Shown piece by piece: positions 12,001-19,700 of a DNA stretch of 64,000 nucleotides. How positions within the stretch are numbered: the first letter of the stretch is position 1; each line of letters starts with the position of its first letter. The notes below the pieces were generated by a model, which was not told the origin of the DNA, did no database searches, and saw nothing but the letters and a program-made list of their open reading frames with translations. The DNA is taken from positions 55,345-119,344 of the IMG/VR virus record IMGVR_UViG_3300021424_000003; one strand, written 5' to 3'. Position numbers and translations under genes: made by a program. Source of the stretch: a virus.

Positions 12001-12024
12001 TTCTCAAAGCAAAAAGGTATTTGA
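1..12024 (+). CDS. Giant multidomain polyvalent polyprotein (5'-truncated, >4007 aa): sigma70-R4-like HTHs, 2 KTSC, UvrD/SF1 helicase, DEDDh exonuclease, ArdC
   Basis: Frame is open from base 1 (YSSEISKRDKIKGSDRFSSG...), so ATG 238 is not the true start. Motifs: AFAGTGKT/FFDEAQD/GDSYQAIYGFRGA/TAHRSKGLEF/YVASTRA (SF1 helicase, ~3541-5400); FFDYETTG..NATFD..HNADVDA (DEDDh, ~7351-7930); PW..N..SG..FSGMN..W.TYKQW..VFNVAQ + HELVHWTGH..EELVAE (ArdC, ~10900-11760); KTSC ~2749-2950 and ~3270-3460. Confidence 0.9.
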   Translation, partial: YSSEISKRDKIKGSDRFSSGKAITPEDRRKRRHAPLGTTGEFDLPDEVATRNKHEEFVAEFRKNNGFWLDIPREGTVASMNTSEEWQRAREIATNVGILEWQENERNRRPKGFSEKARSSMDYLTWFGGYTKRLGDYLDREESSENVTDDELAGARAAVLDALAFRMATPTGPESQNTLAAMLADAGFGPNGKHEKAFGGRKKSSVVGFSSGRGNRVDTRVLDQLMNDGKEVSDDDVKAILMPNAGILMHPEYNDRTGEVSLGWKNVLESSLEDRSFNRGSQRAMIRLDDEGYQKFTEALEAANGELTPSDGLPSSSRSVRDREYPYSWGKSRMGAFSSGRKYPPEIEDELVFDSELGGNRAADRINTENVDMEIVPSSDIGLDGPDDGAWTVVGMYRGEDYGSVDYIYELDTFDSVEEARRFIETFDRLIDEEIRPGDPDFFLDIDNYNKDNKISLDDDLDSAISKAVQSRKDRENDPYDYGSLLSSVLSDRSLNLFGDGESRFSSGRNKAERRQSVKRVMAEDMADREVNLGILSRRMKGETLDEVGRAYGIDRGTVRQMEMREMKRLRDGATPSEILAYRMTGLTLDDMGRMLGMSREEVRRIESREIARMRLGGRDGSDAIFEGRKAGLSRNSIKKLTGMSMDDIATKERKGFERAVTREDVSHQIFDKYVTRFGEDELTDAELAEELGVSERIVSEVRAGAKKDILDARRGMDEHYSSLPEPTDEELQEMADYYANDFAREQGFGSYAEYKDYVSSVGREDDGERLSSGAGKRDLTFSQKVGQRVFEEAEKIAKEDNRDIFDTLDSLVFDKRMDSTNRRKDFDVAEMYSHINSLLFPEGARESRKRRLWRRERLSSGRTGRGRKNRRQGKSNQGAWSEEDLQRFRDRNVLRAKTRPGKRKDGPSAEEFSSGRKRIDTAGSSALTGAFYDADNKRLVVGFNKGGVYAYDGVTPEDIEEMHNAESKGAAMASIKKKYKGVRLSEADDSFKATKQGDEWVVNPDNETTYSISEDGGEFFVLRTSGSYARDGGQSGDEYYHPESFKNMDSAMKWVEQDFLPSITPEPWDEDDYDVDRLSSGGPARAAAQMQFDTRRSRKATEMTYDPQDGRVGITYNDGKQRFFSEVPYEVARAAGNPSKDIDNFIDDLERGKVGKEGGRFSSGASSVPRTDFDYSYQKFPPTEEQAVIADAVATGENVIVRAFAGTGKTSTLVMIAERLKRQDPKKKIVYMAFNKDIQLEAEGKFPGNTESRTGDSISWNWVKQTMGEAFTDRMKGNPPERVKSKGTRNKDISIHFKIKQMEHPDGLKDEKTGNPIVLDAVDVTKLVREAVKEFLISEDDEIGTQHFKKIQNVPPALLGHAKAIWDDMNDPDGVMKLDNSVFTKMWALSRPQLSDGVGLFKGKPSVIFFDEAQDINPVMAKVMREQNIQVIFVGDSYQAIYGFRGASDSLEKAEATYDLPLTGSWRFDSKIAGYANRFLAYMGSKDRIRGVGKPGDGVVEPESMVDPDAILTRSNGGALRAVVEQIKNGRIVGTSENFKKDLTKFAWHAISLKADKPVKNPHPELEEFSSWQEVTDAANAEDASPRLRMLVQLFNDTPNIIEILDQVVVGGKLRGESGGGSGKRILPSEVTDGFEMSIDPSSLGKWAGDKKTSVLYKNGKLFFQLPYTAKGSSGDDSKKSWIKENLGKINRFEYGKPEETGGKFAVFVDATPEQAAKLLSGITSGDAQEVDVMVMTAHRSKGLEFGKVQLYGDFPRPRKNKNTGEMEYPAPEEQRLQYVASTRAIRELDPGPTSWIYNETSEDDESPGVPSGFSSGAKGNPMPSAIGKDMVLEDGGTYEDNMFRGTYVADFNGGKMVIQPAGRDSWAVYRADFMGGEDGPSYNFSYGPPTDESEFSSLADAYEHVLNYVKDNDITLDQMDGSRRSKGSESFSVAKIGNSGSGISERFSSGRKNADKRLKAARKFSRGGDADDDGRLSSGKRDSDEGFASGRILSRLRGREETTQKEADELYKWAAEASKKRPDDEYLSRVVGKGSEYGEGLDEKDFEYIRQQQLIDFIVDNDLHLRDPEGAGRILDIWTGESRGRIKDKDWEALSELRYRRQQREDDAFNREALKDVAESQGMPRDDQQKLAIFAWAASRFGKYPLVEDVVRGGRTNIPNSLDDREWKFLKTEWLNSDAPDPQPLNTRMTNGDMGPDRYLEQDYLAYMRESGMTGLLEKYQTRGGLTGKDWAYVKKLHDDLGPRGWRNPKSASYRGITRKERREIDKKTGRLSDWDVLTEAQRASLEKRKEKFNLTESMANALSSGRTTPNKPKQDDGRLSSGGDPTPEQIEAEDRENRADFYKNSSGLYENELAEWLDANPSKTEKDYESSPEFAERLDDMDSIMGDFADAEAERRLDDYANRMSSGGKPPRYPRPPTLGAFLGSTDDLFKNVDSWEDFRNIYNDQEIIFFDYETTGLVFDEFGRATSNGAPVQFGAVKIKNGKEIGRINLFMNPGESLGEWSRNNLKDIDGNPLTDDWLGGQISVEDAHKQLIEFAGADAIFGVQNATFDKAVLDDVLSKMKSDWRPSGYIDTRELASLVLPRWTPETEDGPFQTNKDGEKVPSSSLAAITEYLDVELGDGHHNADVDAFAASEVMRKMIDGAIENDWSRDALSKEKRDSRHAETIAKFEESVRQFESELSQYGLSSGRRQRPSDEEIYNLRMSGPTLEEVGEKYGMTRQEVRAAEMRHIRKMRDADFEATGAQTSRRERRLSSGGRPTRAGSAKQRGKVVLTSQEPGGKWTDVPENQLSRKDDFFDNETASRILDNPLENYNDQTGWPVAARDFFQSLVLQQEGRDIPVMDEDGRFTPEGRNQVKKMLFGSNEAREKFLDQIESGDVSHMQAVAAITILEKLGDDNTKLGPRGASDHMLETFGFKSAPVWVSGLDSRDPDYDLIRGEVNWTPLSEEQWLDEVKQAYVDNKNITNYVGNRRDWVTKNKGKSEKDYESSPEFIADAKRAYLENKNTIGPAEVYSHPFTHFYGMREEQKDTVKKNWLSQNPGKTDADYDKAMSWDGEGDPDKSTEAGSWGFGDPRSLGGKPSTQADGASSKRPTSARGTTKRPTSARGTTTSSLPPETTQKLFQAIKLDTILSALGIKDDVTREEQRKKLSELIGFTITEDSFKGYKRTGPRPRIILELLRRGHIKDLDSLREADRTDANLGNLVNQARDSVFIATAYGRLREAARGAGLSEDSFGARLWGRLGKEYEDHVINGKGQPRSRMADGAIPKTFNLSKLDLIGETELSELVDGLNAMAESEGSSARFTIDDIFPKNDRGYIDAFGESKIRMSSGKPSTQKGQRFVAKPKGNRLTSAANDTAEMRFSSAARPTYRTPGGGIDKDAMSADIEDAIRGPRLGAVAITSANAETVGREQVDNLTRAITLRQHIADMFPSVVNDRTQVSYDIEPLLTEQGISPKDAEKLTDLVNDLDEYIDGIVKQFEDEGDKLESGLREMTDMLDEVSELRKYRKETIDKYGEDDARNLIDRLDEKINKLTTSIDDKYQATIGSNRTNMAKLRDEALALVDENPGFDRPKKGGDKPRLSSGANSLSSKLIGIEMAMGRAEEGGLPKYKPVSKMDMNLPNGTRLSSGKADEWYENLTAKLVEQIEKIQASGGDKWEFPWHRTGAMPKNAISGHVFSGMNPFVLLLAADEKGYSTHRWATYKQWQSVGGNVMKNEKGQTLLKPVFKKVKDPDTGKEETKLVNWSAYTVFNVAQVEGINPEDYDDKPKDLLDEAARVERAEKAFAIVGADIETGDGSRAYYSPSNDKIVMPPFAYFKTPEGYYATLGHELVHWTGHSSRLDRPNMNRFGTPAYAREELVAELGSAFLMANFGMAAEPREDHAHYLANWLKVLREEPKALQEAAREAQKASKLLIEKMREVLEGAEVAEETLDDVDGTKSAWVGMSDDIGRESLLQVAGILPAYLRMEVEAAIKSTAPGGPLSTKVINRISKTIELLETFSKQKGI
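9276..9337 (+). repeat. 30-bp tandem duplication inside the polyprotein (KRPTSARGTT x2)
   Basis: TAAGAGGCCGACTTCAGCACGGGGTACGAC occurs twice, exactly. Confidence 0.95.
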
Positions 12025-12111
12025 CATTAGCGGATATATGCCGCAATACATACTCGAATGATAGTTTAGAGTATAATTTTACGGCAGTGACAATATAGGA
12101 GACCGTCTTTT

Positions 12112-13689
12112 ATGGACAAAGAAATGCAGAACACTCTCAGTGTTGACGTCGACGGGAATGTACTTAAGTGCGCGAAGGGTGCCGACGTCTCTGCCTGCGG
12201 CTTCGAGGCCGACTCGAAAATATGCGGTAAATGCGGCGCTATTCCTGTTCAGGCCAAAATTGTACCAGTAGATGAAGAGATGCCAGAGGACGAGGAAGCA
12301 CAAGACGAGAAAGCATCTGAAGAGGAGTTGCCCGAGAACGAGGAAGACGAAGAAATGGACTCCGAAGAGGAAAAAATGATGGGTTCGTATAACCCTCCGT
12401 CCAAACTTCGTCGGAAACCCGCCAAGGGGATGCGTACCGACGGAGATATGTCGGAAGACGTAATGGAAGAGGAAGACGACTCTGAAGACGAGGAGTCGAT
12501 GAACGAGGAAAAGTACTCCTACTACAAGAAGTACGGCTTTGATAGGTATGTAAAGAAATATGGCAAGAAGCCTTGGGCTCCCGACATGGAGGACGAGGAA
12601 GAGGACATGGAAGAGGAAATGTCCAAGAAAGAAATGAACGAAGAGGACATGTCGGAGGATGACATGGACGAAGATGCCATGGACGACGAAGAGGACATGC
12701 AGTACGACGAAGATGAAGAGGAAGACGAAGACGAAGACGAAGACGAAGAGGATATGAAAGGCGCTATGGACCGTGCGTATAAGCGCCGCCTACAGACAAT
12801 GGGCATCAAATCAGCCGATATTGGCTCCTCCGGATATCTTTGCGCTCTTGACAGAAAGGCATATGCGGGACATATTCCCGTGTGTGACAACTGTGAGGGC
12901 GGTTGCGCTTCAGAAAAAGGTATGCCTGGTCTTATTCACGCCGAGGGAATGGCCGAAGAGATTATTGACGGCGTAACCGTGGCTTCTGGCTATTCAGTTC
13001 TTAACGATTTATTTGTCGTTGATGTTCAAAAGAAGTCGGGCAAGACATACGAGGTTTTCTACGAGGCTTCGACCGGGGAGCTACTGGGCTTCCATAAACT
13101 TGAGGACACCCTTAGTATCAAGTCAGCACTTGATGACCTGAGAGTAATTACTATGTTTGAGGCTGCTGATATTGCCGTAAAGGCGATTGACGGTCACGTA
13201 ATTGCGGTTGAGGGAGATTCATTCGAGGGAATAGATGCGTTTGCAGTAGAGGTTGACGGCTTTGATGGCAAATCATATGACGTTTTCGTTTCACTGGACG
13301 GCGAATTGCTTGGATATGACAAGTACGAGATGGATGAGGCTGAGGAAATTGAAGCAGAGGCTGCCGAAATTGCTTTGAAGCGCGCATTTAGCGATGATAA
13401 GAGACAGGCGATGGCCAAAGAGGGCACGGCAATGCCGGATGGTTCCTACCCAATAGCGGGTGAGGAAGACCTCAAGAATGCAATCCAGGCGTTTGGTCGA
13501 GCCAAAGATAAAGAAGCAACCAAGCGCCACATCATGAAGAGAGCTAAGGAAATGGGCAAAGAAAGCCTGATTCCTACAAACTGGGTGATGGGCGGAGACT
13601 CTGAGAAGAAGTCCTCTGAAGTTGACGCAGAGCTAATGGCATCGCTAATTGAGTTCGAGCTTCTTCAGGCCGAAACAGAAATCAACTAA
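12112..13689 (+). CDS. Acidic head-associated protein with Cys clusters, PepSY-like repeats and a C-terminal DUF6582-like domain
   Basis: AGGAGA RBS; long D/E/M tract; 'FEAADIAVKAIDGHVIAVE...YDVFVSLDGELLG' is PepSY-like; 'AMPDGSYPI..EDLKNAIQAFGRAK..KRHIMKRAKEMG'. Confidence 0.65.
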   Translation: MDKEMQNTLSVDVDGNVLKCAKGADVSACGFEADSKICGKCGAIPVQAKIVPVDEEMPEDEEAQDEKASEEELPENEEDEEMDSEEEKMMGSYNPPSKLRRKPAKGMRTDGDMSEDVMEEEDDSEDEESMNEEKYSYYKKYGFDRYVKKYGKKPWAPDMEDEEEDMEEEMSKKEMNEEDMSEDDMDEDAMDDEEDMQYDEDEEEDEDEDEDEEDMKGAMDRAYKRRLQTMGIKSADIGSSGYLCALDRKAYAGHIPVCDNCEGGCASEKGMPGLIHAEGMAEEIIDGVTVASGYSVLNDLFVVDVQKKSGKTYEVFYEASTGELLGFHKLEDTLSIKSALDDLRVITMFEAADIAVKAIDGHVIAVEGDSFEGIDAFAVEVDGFDGKSYDVFVSLDGELLGYDKYEMDEAEEIEAEAAEIALKRAFSDDKRQAMAKEGTAMPDGSYPIAGEEDLKNAIQAFGRAKDKEATKRHIMKRAKEMGKESLIPTNWVMGGDSEKKSSEVDAELMASLIEFELLQAETEIN

Positions 13690-13705
13690 AGAAAGCGGAC
13701 CCCAA

Positions 13706-16700
13706 ATGGCGGGTACGTTTACGCACAAGACGAGAACACTTGTTTCTCCACGTTTTGTATCTCCACTTGCAGGAAGAAAAAACTTTATAGAGTCTGCTCA
13801 ATCGTTCAGACTCTCGATTGGTGCCTCTTCAAAAACACTCACTCTTGACCCGGACTATGCAGTCAAGGCTGCTATGGCTGGTGGTATGGCCCTGCCCGGC
13901 CAAACTGACGATAAGAAGCGGGAGAATAAGGGGGGGCCGCCGGGAATGAAGCATGAGGTCGACGGTTACAGGTTGATGCCTAACGAAACTGCTGGCCCGG
14001 GAAAAGTTCTTCGTTTATTTCCATCATTTGAATCAAGGAATTCAGCGAAGATGGAGCCCAACTTCGGCTTTCTGCCAAAATCTAAACCAGTTTCCGTGGA
14101 GGAAATGAAGCGAAAGCTTGCAGAATCTCCGCTTATTCGCATGGAGAAGTATCAAATAAATCCAAGAAACGGAGAAAAAATAGAGGGTTCAGAGAAACTG
14201 ATGGACCCACTGTACTTCAATAGGGAACTAGATAGAGACAGAAATCCAGACCTCGATGGCATCGAAGGTAAAAGTCTTGGTGACTCGATAGGCAAAATCG
14301 CTCGCGGGAATAGCCTCATTGGCAGAGTTGCGCAGGGTATAGGTGTGGTCTTTGACGAATTAGGTAAAATGAGATGTCCTCCGGGCACTCCAGCCGCTAA
14401 CCAATTTACTGACGCAAACGGTTCTAACTGCTTCGGCGTGAGCCTCCCGAAGCTTGTTGGCAAACTTGTTGAACTAGCTAGGGAAGCCGCGCCAGAGGGT
14501 GAAGAAAGAAGAAGCGCAAAAAGTCTCCAAAAGAGAATTGCCAATTTTATATTTGACTTCGATAACAGCAGATTCGGCAGAGTTTCGTGGTATGACGAAA
14601 ACGGCAAGCGAATGGGTTTCGGCGAGTACAGAAAGTACCGCGACAAGGGCGGGGTTGCAGAGGGCGAGCGCTGGTTCGTCAATGCAATGGTTCGAGCCGA
14701 GGAGGAGTTTAGACGTCAAGGCGAAAGAGTAAGGGAGCTCCAGGAAAGGCTAGGAATAGATTCCTCTGATGCCAAAAGAGCAACAAACGCAGACCTCGTA
14801 GAGACAATCGACAAACTCCGAGAAAATGGGGTCATTAATACAAGACTAAAAAACAGAGATACTCCCGACATTGTCGAGGCAAGAATCAGGGCTCGACTGG
14901 AAGCTGACCCAACATACAAGTCCTTGTCAAGAGAGGATAAAGAGATTCTTGTTAAGGGTGACATAGCTAGGTATTACGAGACAGAAAGAGCCTCACTCGA
15001 GGCGTTCATAGACGAGGTAATCAAAAACCCGGAGCACATAAAGGACGTAATTGACTCCATCAGTTATGTCAATGGTAGAGATGAGGACGACGGAGCTTTC
15101 TCTATAGGAGGAATAGTTGGCGGAGAAAAGCTTTTAGGGAACATAGACCTAGATATAACCCACATGATGGGCAGACAAGAAAGCGAAATGCCCAATCTTA
15201 AAACGAATGAGCGCTTAAGAATATATGCAGAAGGTGGAAAAACTGAAGCAGAGAGAGTTGCACATCTGCACGACTTTTTAGTTAACTCAAATGCTTTTGC
15301 CACCAATATGGCATGCATGGTTGAGGGGCCTTCTGGCATAGGTCGCCATACGATGAAGCACGAAATAGCGCACTCAATACAAGCCAAAGCACTTCACGAA
15401 TACGTTAAGAACATGCTTGCTACTGGTGGAAGCATCAAGATTGGAAGAAGGGAAATAACCGACCCGTCAAAGCTCACGGCCGGAGATATACTCAAAATAA
15501 TGCGGGGGGAGACAAGCGTTCCTCTCGACGCAATTAAGGGCCTCCAGACCAGGGGTGAAGCAGTCTCCTTCCTGGCTGGAAGATATATATGGGAAGCAAA
15601 CCCAGAAGGCACGTCAAGCCGCTCGATGGAGATAGGCGCGGAGCTATGGGCTCTCAGAAGCCTTGGTCTTATTTTTGGAGATGACGTAGACGCCGCACTT
15701 GAGTACATGGACGACTTCGCCTATGGAAAAACTTTCTCAGATAGGGCCGCATCTGACGCTGATGCCATTAGAGCGGTGGCTGATTCCTATTATGACGCCG
15801 GTAGCAGAATAGCTAGAGATAGGGCTGAAAGAGTAAAAGAGCGCTATATAGAGGCCAAGAATGACGAGATAAAGCGTCTAAAAGAGCGTGCAAAAACGAT
15901 GTCAGAAGACGACATTATCGACATGCTTCTCACTCTGAACGAAGACCTCAATGTGATGGATGAGGCGCTTGAAGGGTCTGACGAGACTGCAGACTCACTG
16001 TGGCGCGAGGTAGCGGATAGAGACGCCGCAATAAGAATGATTCACGAACTGACAAAGGCTTGGGCCAAGAGGTTTACCGTCTTGCCATCACGTGAGGCAA
16101 TGGAAAGGCTCGAAGAGCTTCTTGCCGACAAGATGGCAGATAGGGGAACTCTTCCTCCTGACAAGGTTAAAGAGCGCGCAGAGGCAGTTTTCATGGAGAC
16201 CATCAGGACCGATGCCTCGTCTATGTCCATGGACGACCTGGTCAATGCATTCGTAGACGCTGAGCTTTCTAGGAAAGCGGAAGGCTTGTCTACCGAAGAG
16301 CGCGATGTCCTAAAGAAAATGGCAGGAATATATAGGGACGAGTACATAAAGAGAAGAACATCCGGAGTTGACTCAGTTGACAGAGAGGATGCTGTAAAAG
16401 AGCTAAAGGGAAAACTCAAGGAAAAATCAAAGCCAGAAACTATCGGTGGAGATGAAAGTGGTGGTTTTTCCGGAACAGGGCCAAAGAAGAAAAAGCCAGC
16501 AAAGAAATTTGACTCCCATAATGGGAAAAATGGTGCGCGCACTCATGCAATAAGCGAAAGAGAAAAACTTCTCGAGCAGGCAACTGCCGCCGAAAGGGAT
16601 GCTCTCGTTGAGATGGGCGACGCTGAAAACGACACCGGGAAACTCCTAGACCCAGAAACTGTCATGGGGGCAATTGCTGCCATAGCCAGAAGACGCAGAA

Positions 16701-19700
16701 GAGCGCAAAAGCTCGGAATTAAAGATGACCCAAAGAATAGATACATAGCAGACCTTGAGCAGCAGCTAGAAAATATATTGATTCCGTTCCTGGAGTTGAT
16801 GGATAAATCATCACTTTCCGAGACCATAGAAATAGAGGCAACAGAAGGAATACCTGATGAGATAATTCAGGAAATACTCAGGGGAGAATTAACTGAGCTA
16901 GAGCACAGCCTGTTGACTGGCCGAGTTCCTACGTCGTCTAATCCAGTTGGCCCTGGAAAGGTAGTAATTCGCGTACCGGAGGGAAGCAAGGGCATTTATC
17001 CTGACTGGTCATTTGATAAGGAAAAGGACGACGGGATACAAAGGATAGTCCTTCCAAGTGGAGATGTCCGTGTTGCAGAAATAAGAGAAGACGGCACCAT
17101 TGTTCTAGAGGTAGTTTCTCAGAAAGATACAGAAGCAGCCCTGGACGACCTAGTTAAGAGCGTAGCCCCTGGAGATGGAAGTCCTGATACTAAGGATTGG
17201 GCGCAACGCAAGGGCGCAGAAAAGAAGATAAAGAGAGTCGTTGATAAGCACATCAACAAGCGGCGTGAAGAAGGGCGGTACTCAGAACCAAGAGTTGCCG
17301 AGCCAGAAAAGACACGCATAGAAGACGACAACGATTCCGTATTGGATATATTCGATTTTCCTGATGAGCCTTCAGATTCAGACCCATCTCCAGATAAACC
17401 AAAGCCGAAGCCCAGCAACCCATCTGGCGGCGGGGGTTCTGCTGGTGAAGAAAAGCCGTTTTCGTGGGAAGATTTTGGTAAACCAAAACCAAAACCGGAA
17501 ACTCCAAAGCCAAAGAACAGGCCTTCATATGGCAGGGAAAGAAGAAATTCAACGGCAGCGATTAATAGAGTTGTCGAAGCCGGTAAGAGAGATAGATTTC
17601 CGGGCCCTGGCTCTGTTGCTAGAGATGAACTGCAAAGAATACAGGAACAACTAGACGGCACAAGATACACAAATTACAGTTCTTCCGCAAGAAAAGTCAC
17701 CTCGTTGATGAGGGAAAAGTTTGGTACGGACCAATTATCGGACCTTACTGATGAACAGTTAAGCGAACTGATAGATGATGTCAAAAAAATTGCTGATGGT
17801 ATCACTGGGGACAAGAGGTCGAGAAGCGGAGAAATATCACTAAACCAAAAGCAGTCAATGAGTAGACTTGCATCTTCGCTGCATGACTTTTTGGACATAC
17901 GCAGCATGATAAAGAACAATAACTATTCGGACCCATACGAAGGTCCTTCTCGCGGTTATCTGATTGACTGGGACAACATCCCAGAGATTAAGCCATATAT
18001 GGGTGGCGGGGACAGAATGTCATCCGGGAAAAAATGGGGCTCTGCTCCTTCCGGCGAAGTGTTAAACAGGGCGAAAAAGTCATCAAGAACTGACGAGCTA
18101 GATGAAATTTTTGGCATGCCTCAAAGCCGGACCGAAAGAATAGGAATGATGCATGAACAAAGAAACAGCGTCCTGGCTTCTTTGAGAGACATGCTAGACA
18201 GGGTTCCGGGAGCAGAAGAAGAGCTCGGCCTTAACTCCGGCGGAATAGACCCAGTAGTTCTCGATTTGATTAAAAATTCTTCCGATGAAGAAATTTCTGA
18301 AATTCTAAATACGGCTGCCAAGAGGTTCCATTCCCAGATTGACTCAAGACCGAGAGTCAGGATGCGTACAGAAGAGCTTGACGCATTTGTTGATAATGGT
18401 AGATATGGAAGAGAATCAAGATTTAGTTCTGGAGGAAAATCACGCCCAGATATAGCCGGAGTTGTGCTAAAGGGCGGACTAAAGAAGAGAGCAAAAGACG
18501 CAGCCATCAGCAAGGTCATAGAGAGATTCGACCTTAGCGAGGAAGAGCGCGATGTTGCTGAGATAATTCTTGATACAACCCTAAACCTGAGATATGGGCC
18601 ACAAGCAGCTCTTACTGGTTTGGCCATAGAACTAGCAAGACGAGGTGGCAGAGAAGTAGCGGAAAGAACGCTAGACAAGCTTGTAGAGAACGGAAAAATC
18701 ACTAGAGCTCAAGCTGATTCTGTTCTTTCAAAGATAGGCAGAATTGCTCCAGATGGACTGCCGGATAGGGCTGTTGATGCTGCGGTCGACAGCCTAAAGA
18801 GGGCAACAGAGAAAGCCAAAGAGCTAGCCGAAAGTGACTCCGTTAGGGCTGCTGGAGAGAAAGCCAAAGAAGTTGCTGGTGCAGCTGGAGATAAAGCGCG
18901 GGATGCCGCCAGTGCGGCGCGCGACAAAACCAGAAGTGTTGTTGGCAGATTGAGCAGGAGGGCCAAGGGCGACCGCTCGGTGGCAGACATAGAGGCTCTT
19001 GATTCACCAGAAACCGCCTTCACAGTTGGCGACGTAATAGATGACCCGTTTGGTTTACCCCCATCAGATAGTTCAAGATTCTCATCTGGGGCAACTAGGC
19101 GCAAGGTTAAAAATGGTTCTGTAAACAAAGAAACAGAAACTCTAACGACACCAGTTCTTAGCGATACAACTGATGATGTTTATGGCATTAGAACTCAGAA
19201 AAGATTTTCCTACCCGGTACACACAATAGACGGTCAAAAAGTTTCATTTGGTGGCCCCAAGGAGGGTATTGCTGATGATGTGGAAAGATTACCGATAAAC
19301 CCATATGCCATAAGTGGTTTAGACAGAACGACAAAAGAAGGTCGCGATATGGCTAGAAAATGGATTACTGCAAGGGCATATCACAGAGAGTATGGGGATA
19401 AAAATACCGAACCAACATACGTAGACGCCCTCCTATATGCGGCATCGCGAGGAGACAGCGACGCAGCAAAAGAATTGGATGAACTATCAGAAGCTGGTGA
19501 AAAAATAATAGCGAGAATGAAAGGGGAACAAAAAGAATTCCAACTTTCTCGCTTCTCAGACCAGGCGTCAAGCGCTAGAGCTTTTGGAGCAAAGAAAGAA
19601 GACCTATTTTTCGTACATGCCGTACCAGCAAAGTTTGAACCAGAAGAAGACGAAGCCGGAAATGTAATAATTCGTCCGCTCGGCGACCATGAGCTAAAGA

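Noticed and set aside
1-12024. SSG motifs as DNA repeats, intein junctions or DGR target repeats
   Set aside because: Codons are heterogeneous (TCN and AGY), there are no Cys/Ser..His-Asn intein ends or LAGLIDADG motifs, and no reverse transcriptase is present.
12021-12077. TTGACA and TATAAT as one canonical promoter
   Set aside because: They are 45 bp apart. TATAAT may act alone but the pair is not a 17-bp promoter.
12700-12750. GAAGAC hexamer run
   Set aside because: It simply encodes the ED repeats of an acidic tract.
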